From Eledone cirrhosa (taxonomy: Eukaryota): a stretch of 64,000 bases of DNA. The translations under genes and the position numbers were made by a program. Within the stretch, counting starts at the first letter, position 1. The number at the start of each line of letters is the position of its first letter. The DNA lies in the NCBI GenBank assembly GCA_964016885.1, contig OZ024745.1, forward strand, positions 61,008,001 through 61,072,000, written 5' to 3'. This document shows, piece after piece, positions 13,644-27,295 of this stretch. The notes beneath the pieces were generated by a model. The model ran no database searches, was not told the origin of the DNA, and worked only from the letters and a program-made list of their open reading frames with translations.

Positions 13644-13988
13644 GGAGGTACATGGCTTAGTGGTTAGAGCATTGGCCTTGCAATCGAAAGGTCATGAGTT
13701 CAATTCTCAGACCGGGTGATGTGTTGTTTCCTTGAGCAAGACACTTTATTTCACATTGCTCCAGTTTACTCAGCTGTAGAAATGAGATGATAGGGACTGG
13801 GGTCCCTATCATTCCACTGCAAAGTGGTCGTGGAGGTGCCACGGCAAAAAAAGCACCCAGCACTCACTGTAAATGAGGTTGGTGTTAGGAAGGGCATCCA
13901 GCTGTAGAAAGCAAGCCAGAATTAGTTACCGTCCCACCCTTGCAAGCAGGGAAAAGCGGACGTAAAATGAAATGATGATGATGATGAT
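13643..13988 (+). mobile_element. tRNA-derived SINE family 2 with RTE-type 3' tail
   Basis: A-box TGGCTTAGTGG, B-box GAGTTCAATTC, core CCTTGAGCAAGACACT, then AGGAAGGGCATCCAGC and a GGACGTAAAAT(GAT)n tail. Near-identical copy at ~34557-34900 (minus); relatives at 43288 and 51308. Confidence 0.85.
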
Positions 13989-14147
13989 GTGTGTGTGTGT
14001 GTGTGTGCTATTGTCGAGCATGAGAAAAAGTAGAGTTTAAAAATTCATTTAAGCAGTTTAATCTTGTTACACTGGAATTTCTTGCACAAAATTATGGTGT
14101 AAGGTTTTAATATAAGAACACTTTAAAACAAGCAGTTTTATATTTTA

Positions 14148-15051
14148 CTAGCAGTGGTACCCGGCGTTGCACGGGATAAGGTATTTTGGAACGCTGGCCA
14201 CCAACAGACATAATCGTGGAAAAACTCCATGCCTGGACAATATGTAAAGAAAATAAACTGAATATTCTGATGGCTGGATAATCTTTAAGATTTTCCTCAA
14301 TGAAGCAGGAAAAATGCAGGTTTTCACCTAATGTGGGCCCTAGGGGATCAAGAAAATTAATTTTTTTTATGTGCATAATATGCTTTGAAATTTCGGGACA
14401 ATTGGATAGACGTAACGTCCCCCAGCCATAAAAAGCTGAAAAAAAATGAAGTTTTTCACCTAATGCGGGCCCTAGACCATAAAAAAGTTGGATTTTCTTT
14501 GCTCACGGTATGAAGAAGAGACTGACTAATAGCAATTACAATTCAAGGAAATTGGTCTGACGTGACGCCTCAAAAAACCTCTAAAAAGCTTTAAAAAACG
14601 CAGTTTTTCACCTAATGCGGGACCTAGGAGATCAAAATGTTGAATTTTTCATGTGCATAATAATCCCTGAAACATAAATAATACACATCGATTGGGTACT
14701 TCTCGAGTTTTAGGGATTCAAACTCACACACACAGAGACAGACATCCTCAGGCAAGTGACATAATGCAGACAGCCAGACATACAGACAGATATTATAAGG
14801 GCGTGACGTTATATGTATGTATCTATCTAAAAAGAGAAAGACTGAGAATTATAGAGAGAGATCGCTAAATCGCCTAATGCGGTCCCTAGGGCATTGAAAA
14901 TTTGAAATTTTTTTTTTGCTCAGAACACTCCCTGAAACATAAGTATTACATGTGTAAAGTTTGAAAAGAGTCGGTTGGGTGGTTCTCGAGTTTTAGGGAT
15001 TCAAACTCACACACACACACAGACAGATATCCTCAGTTTTATATATATAGA
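14148..15051 (-). mobile_element. Complete non-autonomous Helitron (904 bp)
   Basis: On the minus strand it starts A|TCTATATATATAAAA and ends with the hairpin CCCGTGCAACGCCGGG, then TACCACTG and CTAG|T. A^T insertion site, no TSD, internal repeats of CCTAATG(C/T)GG.CC(C)TAG. Confidence 0.85.
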
Positions 15052-15128
15052 TAACAGGGATGGTTTTCCTACAGGTTAGTGCCAAAAGGGTTAAACTTTT
15101 CCTGCATATTCTTGTGTCAACTCACAAC

Positions 15129-15132
<4 letters not shown>

Positions 15133-15206
<74 letters not shown>
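15133..15206. repeat. (CA)n microsatellite
   Basis: Uninterrupted CA run of about 37 units. Confidence 0.95.
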
Positions 15207-15208
<2 letters not shown>

Positions 15209-16104
15209 CATGCATTATATAAAGGATTTTTAGTTTTGTTTCTAGATCATTGAATAATGAACAATTCATTTTCCTCCTTACTATATATGGTCTGTATTAA
15301 CACTTTAGAATTCTTGGCCCTTGAATCACCTTGCTACTCACTGCAGGGGTGAACTTTGCAAGGGCTTATATGGCCAGTATTTTTAACTATTTTTCATAAT
15401 CAAAAACCTGTGTTGAAGTAATTAACTTTAAGTTAACATGGACTCAAAATTCATAATTTGCTCAACACTTCATAAATATAATTATATATATATATGGAGT
15501 TTCGCCTGTGATAAACACTGATAAACTGGCGAAACTCCAGAGTAACAAGACTCAGTATTTAGCCTTAATAAAATGAATACTAAAACTCTATTTCCGTATT
15601 GAGTACTCTTTTCCCTTAGCTGTTAACCTCATATGGAGATACATATATATATCCAGGGAGTGTAACATGAAGTTACTGTAGGTTCATTCTGTCATTACAA
15701 CAGCATATGTCCGACGAGCTTTTGATTCCAGAGTTGGGCCAGATCGAACCTAGAGCTGATCAATAGCGAAACACGCGTCACCAATCAATAAATGTAATGA
15801 AGGCTTAACAAATCGTCCTTGTATTATTATATATATATATATAGATTGTGTGTGTGTGCTGTGAATATATATCACTGATGAAACTAATACCATGGCAACA
15901 AGCTTGAGACTGTAGAGTTGATGAAAGAAAGTAAAAAACAAACTTGTTTCTGATCTCATGTAAATATTTTGTCTTTTACTGTCATTCAGATTCCACTAGT
16001 ATATATATTGTCTTGTCTTTCATCTTTCTTATGTTTAGTAAAATAGGACAATCACTGATTCACTGCATTTATCGTGACGAAAATGTCTGTACAACTCAGT
16101 AGAT

Positions 16105-16143
<39 letters not shown>

Positions 16144-17099
16144 CATCGTTTGTCAATTTTCCATGCTAGCATGGGTTAGACAGGTTGTCCCATTTGAGGC
16201 AGGTTGATTCAGGTGACCGTATCTTGCTCATATAGAACTGTTTCTGGCTAGGTTTCTACAGCTGGATACCCTTCCTAACGTTAACCACATTTACAGTGTG
16301 TGCTGGGTGCTTTTTGTTGTGACACCCACACAACCACTTTACAGTGTGGGCAGGATATATTTTGTTTACAGTAAGGGTGGTGTGAACAGAAGTGGGTGGG
16401 ATAATAATAATAGATATAAATAGAAGTTTAGCCGCAGTAGAGCAGATACCAATTGAATTGTTCAAGGCCATCACAAAGCACTCACTGGTGCGAAAAGTTA
16501 ATGCATTTTCATCCAGAGCAAACACAAAATTAAGAAAGTGTGACATCATGAATAAAACTTATGAGATATAGTGCTTGGATTAATCTATGAGGGATGAAAC
16601 TCTGAAAAAAAAACCTACTTGTATCATAACAACCCTTTTGACCTATACCAGCATGGAATGCGCATATAGAAGGATGATGTGCTTTGATAATGGGATGTAT
16701 GAACCACTAAAATAACGATCTATATTTTTTATACAAGTTTTATATTCTATTTGTCACACCATACATAGAAGGTGAATATACATTGCTTCTTTGCTACTAA
16801 AGAGTTTGAATATTTAGGGATATTTTGTTTGCATAGAGAGGTGGGGTATTAATGTAAGAAGATAATTCTTGTCTGCTGATAATGACAGTGATGGTGATGA
16901 TGATCTGTAACAGGGATAAAAAATTGCTTCAGATAATCATCTGTTAATTTTCATTTCATGTCTTTAATTAAGTTATCCTGGTCTAACTCTTTAGAGATCT
17001 GAACTTTCTGAATGTGTGTATGTATGTGTGTTTGCCTATATATATATATATCACCTTCGTTTAACGTCTATCTTCCACGCTAGCATGGGTTTAGATGTG

Positions 17100-17174
<75 letters not shown>

Positions 17175-17179
17175 AAACA

Positions 17180-17676
17180 AATTAGAATTTGAATTTTTGC
17201 TCTAGCATAGCAGATACATAAATGTAAATGCGGGTTATATCGAATAATAATATTCGATTCGTTTGCAAGCAAATGGCTTCACTTATGCTATGCTTTGTTT
17301 TTGATGACTACTGTCATCCGTTTGTTCAACAGTGGCATCGGCATCGAGGAACAATTAACACGTTTCTGGGTCATTTCCCTTCATCAGGACTGTAAACCTC
17401 TCTGCTACTCGATTGAACTGTTGAAAATATATAGTATTTTCTAATGTATACATCGGCTGATTAGCCACATTTGCATACCAAGCGATTTTACAGCTGGCCT
17501 TGCCGAAAGGTAAAAACAGAATCAGAATTTGATTTCTCACTCTAGCATAGCAGATTACATAAATGTAAATATGGGTTATATTGAATTATAATTATAATAT
17601 TTGATTTGTTTGCAAGCAAGCGACCTCACTTATGCTATGCTTTGTTTTTGATGACTATCGTCATGTGTTTGTTCAA
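17180..17676 (-). repeat. Terminally redundant ~340-bp unit (1.5-mer) containing a hammerhead-like motif
   Basis: ~155-bp direct repeats at ~17180-17330 and ~17520-17676 flank a segment that holds CTGATGA...GAAAC on the minus strand. Confidence 0.8.
17351..17393 (-). ncRNA. Putative minimal type I hammerhead ribozyme (degenerate)
   Basis: Minus strand reads ACAGTC-CTGATGA-A-GGG-AAATGA-CCC-A-GAAAC-GT-GTT-AATTGT. Both core boxes, stem II, a very short stem III and an imperfect stem I are present. Confidence 0.55.
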
Positions 17677-20600
17677 ATCACACTTGGGTCTAACTTTCTA
17701 CTTCCCATTGTGGATCAAATAAGTTCCAGTGCTAATGTTAGAAATCTTTTGAATTAAACTATGTACTACAAAACTGTTACATGGTATTTAGTTACATATA
17801 TTTATTCAATTCACCACACCCATTTTCTTCTACAAAAAAAGCCTTATTTCTAAGAAAGTTGTCTTCTTTATGAGAAGAAATCAAAAGACAACTATTTAGG
17901 AATGAAGCAGAGACTTTCATTTGAAGAATCCTTCGAGGATTATTGGTCTGAGCTGTTTGTGCTTGATAGAAGACAGTGCTGAACTTATTAAGAATATATG
18001 TGCTTTTCTTTGTCTATTAAGATTCAGAATTTTAAATAACAGCCTTTTTTTTATGTCATGGAAATAGTTCCATCATTTTTAATGTAGAATCATCAATGAA
18101 CTGTTCTCACATCAAATCTCATGGTTGTGCAAAAGAATTAATTTAAAAAAAGCTGTCCATTTATTTTTTTTTTAAATTTTGTAATGGAACATATCGAAAT
18201 AAATAGTGACCTTTCTTTTATTATAAATAGAGAATGAAAAATAAAGCTGTTAGCACAAGACAAATATTTCAATTCAATTTTATTCACTTTATTCTCATTA
18301 TGTAATAAATACAATGAAATGTTGAAGCGCCACTAACAATGAAAGCAGTGATAAAAATTCATATCAAATTGTTATTAAAAATTCATTTGAAATAATATTT
18401 ATATAATTTAATAAACTTCAAGTACTGTTCCATAACTCATTGAGGAATTATTTCGCTCTATACAGTGGTTTGAAAACGGACCCACAACAATATTGAGCTC
18501 TTAACCCTTTAGCATTTAAACCGGCCATATCCGGCCAGAATTCTCTCACCTTTTTCTGTTCAAACTGGCCAAAACCGGCTGCTCATACTGATGTTAAGGT
18601 ATTATTCTCAAAATTTCATAAATTGGATATTATGTGAGATAAAAGTGTGAAGTAAAGCCTTTTTCCATTAAAATATAATAGTGTATATGAGTAATGTAAA
18701 TGCTAAAGGGTTAAAATGTATATGGGTCCAGTGGACGTCATCACCATCATTGTTTTTACGTCTGCCTTTCCACACTTGCATGGGTTGGACGGGTCCTTTT
18801 CAGCACAGCATCTCTCCACTTGTCGCGTTTCTTTGTCATCTCCTCTGGGAGTCTAAGTGACTTGAGGTCAGCTCTCACCATCTCTGCCCAGGTCTTTTCC
18901 TGGTCTACCTCAGCTGCAGCTTCCATCCACTGGCATCTCTTGGCACTTCTTCACCCTTCAATCATCATTCATGCACGTCACATGTCCATACCAACACAGT
19001 CTTCTCTCCTGATCTGATTATATAAAATGACTGAGTGATAAATTTCTCCTCCCTCCCATGATTATATACTCCACATTCCTTGTAAAACATCTTTATAAAA
19101 ACATTATTCTATATTGCTTTTGTTCACAGAGATGTTAGCAGTATGTACTAGATCACATGAGAATGTTATTTATGATAAGAGAAGGATTTGTCTCATGAGC
19201 TTCACACTATAAAATTGGAACTTGGAACTTAACACAGGCTGTTAAAAGTTCTGCTGAGCCAAATCTAAGCAGGCCCAGTCACAGTGGTTGGTGATAGGCA
19301 TCCAGCCATAATAATGAGTAACTGAGAGGAAATGAAAAAAAAAAGAAAGAAAGAAAAGATAGGGTGTGCCAAAGAAATACATATTACACACCTTTAGAAT
19401 TGTGTCAGAGATGATGCAATCTAAGCTGCTTCTACAATGCTATATGATCTTATTAGAATGAAGTATTATTATGACTGTGTGTATATACGCATAATACACT
19501 ATATATCTTTGAAAAATATAAATAAACATGTAATTTCAGTTGAAAGTCCTGTTTTCTTTTCTTTTCATCTATATAAGATTTTTTCTTTGATCTCATTCAG
19601 TTACATTCACAGACATCTGACGACACAATTCACAATAATATTTTGATTATTAAAAATGGTCACTTCACTGAAGACTAGGTCTTTTGATTAATTTATGTCA
19701 CATCCCTAGCAATAAAATCAATGATCTCTCTACACCCATAACCCTTTCATGGCCACATTTTTAATGAAATACAGTCTATTTTAATTAATTAATGAAGAAT
19801 TTTAAGAGACTTACTAGCATTATTATTTATTTCATTACTTAATGTAAGGTTCTTATATAGAATTATGTTTGAAGATTTTAATTTAAATAGGAAATCTTGT
19901 ATTTAAATTAATTAATGAAGAATTTTGAGTGATTTACTAACATTATTAATTATTTCATTACTAAGATAGTAACTTAATGTGAAGTTCTTATATAATCTTA
20001 TGTTGGAAGACTTTGATTTAAATTGGATACCTTTAAAATGGGTGGCTTTATTTCATAGAACAAGAGATGGTTTTAGCCAGGTTGGTAACTAAAGGGTTAA
20101 ATACTCTCAGATTTAATATATTACCATCAATGTATACAAACATTTTTACTGTAGTTTCTTCTGATTTTCTCAAGTTTCTGAGTAGAGAACTTAGTATTCT
20201 GAGCTTTTAATTGAAAGCTCAGAACACTGATTTCTCTACTCAGAAACTGGCAGTTAATAAAAGAAAAGTAAAAAAAAAAACTTGATATTTTTCATATGAT
20301 TTCTTAGGGCATAGTTATAGGAAAAATGACAGTATCCATTACTTTTCTGCAGAGCTGTCAAGATTGGTGGATGGAAGGGAGGAAGTTCTTAATTTGGAGA
20401 TCTGGTCTGAATGCTAAAGACATCTACTGGCCATGTAGCTTCAGATTTAGTTTATATCAATCATGAACGGATACAGTCTACCCAATGAGTTTTTATACTG
20501 TTTTCATCTACCATATTTTCACTCCCAAGTCAACCTGAAGTTACGGTAGAAGACCCATGTACGAAGTACTGTACAGTGTGATTTAGCTGGAAACTACATG

Positions 20601-23029
20601 TAATGTGAAGTGAACTGTTTAACTCTTCAGTGTTCAAACCGGCCAGAATTCTATACCTCTTTCTGTTGAAACTGGCTGTAACTGGTCGCTCAAACTGATG
20701 CTAAGGTATTGTTCTCAAAATAAATACTTTCAAAATCTCATAGATTCGATATGATGTGAGATAATTATGTGAGGTAAAGCCTTTACCATGAAAATATGAT
20801 AGTATATATAAAATAATGTGAATGCTAAAGGGTTAACCACACAACCATGTCTGTATCCATACATACCATGACAGGATGAACTTTTAAAGATTATAATAAT
20901 AATAATGACTATGAGGATAATGATAATGTTGACAATGGGATTTCCTTTTCTGTGAACAACCATGGATTAGTTTGAAATTCTATAGTCTATAGTTCAGGCT
21001 ATCTTTCAAAACCTTCTTTGTCATAGTGTTTATTGTTTGATTAGAGAAATTAATCTGAAGGTTGGGTTTGTTTGGAACATAGAAAATTTAATTGCTAGAT
21101 CCTGTTAGGAATAACTTATCTAGGACATAGTATGAAAGTTAAAAAAGTCACAGCAAAGATAGTTTAACAGATATAAGATAGAAGCTTCAGATGGTGGGTG
21201 GAGATGAGCTGATTTCACTTTAAATCTCTTCCTGTATCTTCTGTGATGTTTATTCAGATGGAATCAAACTCTACCATAAGAAAGATAAGACCCCAAATTT
21301 TTGAGACCGAATCCACCTATTTTTTCTTTCCTCTCTTTTTAACCTACTTGTATCTGATCCTTGACAAGATAGTGTTTATTTTTATAGCGGAAACATTGAT
21401 GGTGACTTCATGAAAAGTTTCTATTTTGTTTTTAATTACATGTTTTGTTTGTTAGACTTTTTCCTTTTAGTGTTTCCATTTTCATATGATCTCTTATTAA
21501 ATTTAATCCTCATATATTCATTTAGTGTGAATGAATTCTGGCAGGAGAGCACCTTATTATATAGAAAATAGCTTTGAGGCCTTTCAATGGAATCTATAAC
21601 ACATCTACCAATGGAAGCAGTTTCTTATGCAGTGCTCTTTTTTTTTCAGTCAAGCACCAGGGCTTGTTTATAGTTGACTGTTGTTTCCTATGTTACATTA
21701 ACCCTCTAGCATTTACATTACTCTATTATATTTTCATGGTAAAGGCTTTACTTCACATAATTATCTCACATAATATCAAATCTATGAGATTTTGATATTA
21801 TTTATTTTGAGAACAATACCTTAACATCGGTATGAGCGGCCAGTTTGATCAGAAAGAGGCAAGGAAATTCTGGTCGGATATGGCTGGTTTAAATGCTAAA
21901 GGGTTAATACTTCACCATTTTCAGTGAAGCTTCAGAAAATCTTGAAACATTTTTGGATCACTTCCTCTAAGTTAATCAAAACTTTGGTTCAATAAGGCCA
22001 ATGTGATGGAGGAGGATTTTCATGTATCTTCAACTATGACCAGGTGACAAAATAGCAGAGTTGTTGTTAGAAAATTGGATAGAATGATTTGCTGTAGTCA
22101 TTCTGGCTCTCTGTGTTCAAATCCCACTGAGATCAACTTTATTTTTCGTCCTTTTGAAGTCAATAAAAAAAAAGTACCAGTCCAGTACTGGAGTCGATTC
22201 TTCTATATCTCATATCTCCTTTCCTGGAAGAAATTGGCCATGTTCAAACCTAGAGAGTGGATAAGCTCCACCAGGTTTAAAATCTCCAAGATATATCATA
22301 TGTCACTAGAGCATCTCTACGACCCCATCAGGAGTTGATACATACAACTATTGCCACAAACTACTACAAACTGAAGGTTATCTAATAGTTTATATATGAT
22401 TATCAACCAATGTTGATAATGTTACTACTTCCAGAAATTCATCTAGAAAGTTCATATTATTCAGTTCATTACTGTCAAAGTTATTAGCTATTATATACTA
22501 CAGTTAGTGAACTTAAGATTGTATATGTGTAGTTATTGTAAGTCCCTTCTGTTTTGTATTTTAATAGGGTATCAGTGGATCAGTGGAATGGTTATCAAGC
22601 TTATCTTTGAAAAGATAGGGCCTGTTTAAAAATATATCACAATGTTAGAATAAACTGCTAATTTTTTTTTTCCTTTCAGTTTTTTTTCTACTTTGATGAA
22701 ATCTTTTAGTTGATATTTTTTTTATTCATTAATATCAAATTGGTATACTACAGAAATATAGAGTATTAGAGTATATTGTAGTAATTAATTTATTTAGTGA
22801 ATTATATTTGCATGTGTCGATATGTGTGCCAGTACAATATGCTTGTGTGGATGTGTGTGTGGCTATCTCTAATTAGTGTTTGCAGCAAATTACTAACTTC
22901 CACTAATTGCTGAAATGTTGTATGATTCAATAAAATAATCATGTTTCTACATTGAACTTATAAGGGTACAAATGATGGCGTGTCCCTTGATTAAAGTTAC
23001 CGCGGAACATCAATAATGGTTTCTGATTT

Positions 23030-24040
23030 AGGCACAAGGCCAACAATTTTGGGCGAGTAGAAGTCAATTAAATCGACCCCAGTGCATCACTGGTACTTTA
23101 TTTTATTGACCTCATTGGGATTTGAACTCAGAACGTAAAGGTCCATAACTCTATGTTGCTAAGCATGTTTGATGCCCTACTGATTCTGCCAATCCACCGC
23201 CTTTCAATAATTGTTTCTACTTTAGGCACAAGGCCAGCAATTGCCCAGTGCATTACTGTTACTTTATTTTATCGACCCTGTAAGGATGAAAGGCAAAGTC
23301 AACCTCGGCAGGATTTGAACTCAGACCGTAAAGGGACGTAACTATGCTGGAAAGCATGGCGTCCGACTCTCTACTGATACTGCCAATCCACCGCCTTTCA
23401 ATAATGATTACTAATTCAGGCACAAACAAAGCTAGCAATTTTTATGGGGAAAGGAAAGTCAATTATATCAACCCCAATATTTGAGTGGTACTTTATTTTA
23501 TGGACCCTGGAAAGGCAAAGTTAACCTCGGCGAGATTTCAACTCAAAATGTAAGCAACAGGAATAAATGCTGTAAAACATTCTATTTGATGCTCTGATTC
23601 TGCCAATCTACCACCCTTAGGAACATCAATAATAAGGATTTCTATTAAACGCTGCCACTGCATGGCACCTTAAGCAAATGTCTTTTACTTTAACCTGGGG
23701 TTGAGTAATACCTTGAGAGTTGAATTTGATAGGCAGAAACACTGTGGAAGCTCTGTCTCCCCCTCCCTCCCGAAGTCGATTTAATTGACTTTCCCTTTCC
23801 TGAAAATGATTGACCTTGTGCCTAAATCAGAAACCATTATTATTTGATGAGTGGTGGATTGGCAGTATTGGTAGAGGGTTGGGGCCATGCTTTGACGCAT
23901 AGAGTTACGGCCCTTGTCATTCTGAGTTCAAATCCCGCCGAAGTTAACTTTGCCTTTCATACGGGGTCGATAAAATAAAGTACCAGTAATACACTGGGGG
24001 TAATTGCTGGCCTTGTGCCAAAAGTAGAAACAATTATTAT
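23030..24040. mobile_element. Cluster of four to five family 1 SINEs, nested and in both orientations
   Basis: Repeated TTTATTTTAT(C/T)GACC...GGATTTGAACTCAG on the minus strand (23030-23620) and a + strand copy at ~23850-24040. Confidence 0.8.
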
Positions 24041-24560
24041 TAGATGAGTGTTTTAAGAGATACATCTTTGAGTAGACTAGATGATATTTGTGACAAAGTG
24101 CCATTTGGCTTCTTTCATGTTAGCATTAATATCTTTACCATGACACATTTTTTTAAAGACACCATTTCCTGTTCTTTCACTTAGTGTAAATGAAGCTACT
24201 GTTTATTTTAGCTGTTAACACTCTACCTCTCTTTCACTATCTTTCTCCCTATCTCTCACTATCTCTCTCTCATATTTTTTTTTTTATTGATAAAATAATA
24301 CACATGGTAATTTTGTTACAAAAATACTTTTGTAAATAGTCCAAACTAGTTAAATACTTAAGATAAATGTATATTAGGTAATGCCAAGTCCTTACTATTG
24401 GTAACAGTATCAGATGTTTGTATTTCTGATTAAGTTAGACGTAGCTAGTCTATTGTTTCAAAGACAGTTTATTTTCATTATGATGGCTTGTGTTTGAAGT
24501 GATTGGAATCAAATTTTCTTTTCTTTTATATGTATATATGTATGTATATATATATGTATA

Positions 24561-25315
24561 TCATCATCATCTCATCGTTTATCATCTATCTTCTATGCTA
24601 GCATGGGTTTAGACAGGAATTGTCCCACTTGAGGCAAGATTGGTCGTTTTGCTCGTATAGGACTGTCTGGCTGGATGCCCTTCCTAACACCAACCACGTT
24701 TACAGTGTGAACTGGGAGGTTTTACCATGTTACCTACATGGCCACATTACAGCGTGGACTGTGTGTTTTTTTTTTTTTCGTTGTGACACCTACACAACCT
24801 CATTTATTTAGGACTGGATGTTGTGGTACCAACAAAACTTTACAGAGAAAGGGGTGGTGTTGATGGGGGTGGAGGTGGGGGAGTTAGGATAGTGTGATGG
24901 GGGTGTATATTTGATTAAGAGGTGCCTACTTTGTACTTAGGCAAGGCGGGTTTTCTGTATTACTGCGTAGCGCCAAAGATCTCGGTCCAGTGACAATGTC
25001 TTAGAGAGGTGTAAGTGTGTAAGGTCGGAATTTATCAAATCATCCCAGGTTTTTCTGGGTCTGCCTACTCTATAATTTCCGTCAATTTTGATCGCCCTGC
25101 ACTTTTTTATACAGCTGTCGTCTTTCATGTGCATCACGTGACCATACCAACGTAGTCTTCTCTCGAGTAAACAGCATCTGATCCCTCTTATACCTAATTT
25201 CTCACTTAGTTCATTTATGCTTTGCTGTTCACGTATATTACTATTACACATCCAGCGGAGCATACATGCTTCGTTCCTCTCCAGTCTGCGCAGATCCTCT
25301 GCACACAATGCCCAT
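24561..25315 (-). mobile_element. RTE-clade LINE, 5'-truncated 3' end
   Basis: ORF C-terminus WALCAEDLRRLERNEACMLRWMC...RRLRWYGHVMHM...GRPRKTW...DRDLWR, followed by the 3' UTR and a (GAT)n tail. Confidence 0.9.
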
Positions 25316-25324
25316 GACATACTC

Positions 25325-26997
25325 TTTTCCTTGTTCGACAACTACAGGAGAAGTACTTAGCTAAAAGTAAATCCCTCTACTTAGTTTTTGTAGACCTGGA
25401 GAAAGCCTTTGACAGAGTCCCCCGCTCCATTATCTTAGCAAACTAGGTGTAGATGAATGGCTTGTGAGAGCTATACAAGCTATGTATAAAGAAACAGTCA
25501 GTATGGTTAGAATTAACAATGAATATTGTGAAGAATTTAGTGTAAAAGTTGGTGTTCATCAAGGCTCTGTCCTTAGCCCCCTCCTATTTATTATTGCCCT
25601 TCAGGCTATAACAGAGGAGTTTAAGACCGGCTGCTCATAGGAACTCCTATACGCAGATGATCTAACTCTCATAGCTGAATCTATGGCTGAACTAGAGAAG
25701 AAATTCCAAACATGGAAGAATGGCCTAGAATCAAAAGGCCTTAAAGTTAACTTGTCTAAGACTACAGTTCTAGTTTGTAGAAAGGAAAATAGGGCACAAG
25801 TGCCCTCAGGGAAATGGCCATGCTCAGTGTGTAAAAGGAGTAGGCAGAAATTCCATTTTATGTCCCAAATGCAGACTATGGGTACATAAAAGATATAGTG
25901 GGATCATAGGTAAACTATCTAAGAACGTAGATTTTATATGTGGCTGATGCTCAGGTGCAATAAGTAGCAAATGCCCACAGGATACTAGCTCCTTCTATTG
26001 CCCAGGTGGTTCTATAGAAATAGTGGACACTTTCCATTACCTGGGTGACAAAATCAGCAGTGGTGGAGGGTGCTCTGAAAGTACAGTAGCCAGAGTCAGA
26101 ACGGGATGGAAAAAGTTCAGAGAGCTTATACCGCTGTTGGCCACAAAAGGGTTCTCTCTAAAAATAAAAGGCAGATTGTATGATGCCTGTATACGAACAA
26201 CAATGCTACATGGCAGTGAGACATGGGCATTGCATGCAGAGGACCTGCGCAGACTGGAAAGGAAGGAAGCATTCATGCCCCGTTGGATGTGTAATAGTAA
26301 TATAGGTGAACGGCAAAGCATAAATGAACTAAGTGAGAAATTAGGAATAAGAGGGATCAGATGCTGTTTACTTGAGAGAAGACTACGTTGGTATGGTCAC
26401 GTGATGCACATGAAAGACGACAGCTGTATAAAAAAGTGCAGGGCAATCAAAATTGATGGTATTTACAGAGTAGGTAGACCCAGAAAAACTTGGGACAATT
26501 TGATAAATTCCGACCTTACACACTGGACTGAGATCTTTGGCGCTATGCAGTAATACAGAAGACCCGCCTCGCCTATGTACAAAGTGAAACCTACAGTCAG
26601 TAGGCACCTCTTAACCAAATATACACCCCAATCCACTACTCCTACCCTATCCTCCCACTCCCACCAACACCACCCTCTCTCTGTAAACTTAGTACCACAA
26701 CATCCAGTCCAAATAAATGAGATAATGAGATCAAGATCGTGTAAGTGTCACGACAAAAAAAACCACACAGTCCACGCTGTAATGTGGCCATGTAGGTAAC
26801 ACGGTAAAAAGTTACCAGTTCCACACTGTAAATGTGGTTGGTGTTAGGAAGGGCATCCAGCCGTAGAAAACCTGCCAGATAGTCCTGTATGAGCGAGACA
26901 CGGTCACACGACCAAGCTTGCCTCAAGTGGGACAACTCCCGTCTAACCCATGCTAGCATGGAAGATGGACGTTAAACGAAGATGATGATGATGATGT
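25325..26997 (+). mobile_element. RTE-clade LINE, 5'-truncated and disrupted (RT pseudogene through 3' tail)
   Basis: RT motifs FVDLEKAFDRVP, GVHQGSVLSPLLF and LLYADDL, with stops and frameshifts. C-terminal FHYLGD...LRWYGHV...GRPRKTW, 3' UTR ending GGACGTTAAACGAA(GAT)n. Confidence 0.93.
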
Positions 26998-27010
26998 ATA
27001 TATATATATG

Positions 27011-27067
<57 letters not shown>

Positions 27068-27295
27068 ATATATATAGATGATGATGATATCTATGTATAT
27101 ATATATATGTATGTATGTATATATATATAGATGATGATGATATCTATGTATATATATATATATGTATGTATGTATATATATATAGATGATGATGATATCT
27201 ATGTATATATATATATGTATTTATGTATATATATATATGTATGTACATATATATGTATGTATATATATATATGTATGTGTATATATATGTATGTA
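26998..27295. repeat. Compound (TA)n/(TATG)n/(GAT)n microsatellite with ~60-bp secondary periodicity
   Basis: TATAGATGATGATGATATCTATGTATATA is repeated three times. Confidence 0.85.

Noticed and set aside
13650-13715. tRNA gene
   Set aside because: A and B boxes are present, but the sequence continues into the SINE core and tail and I could not fold a full cloverleaf.
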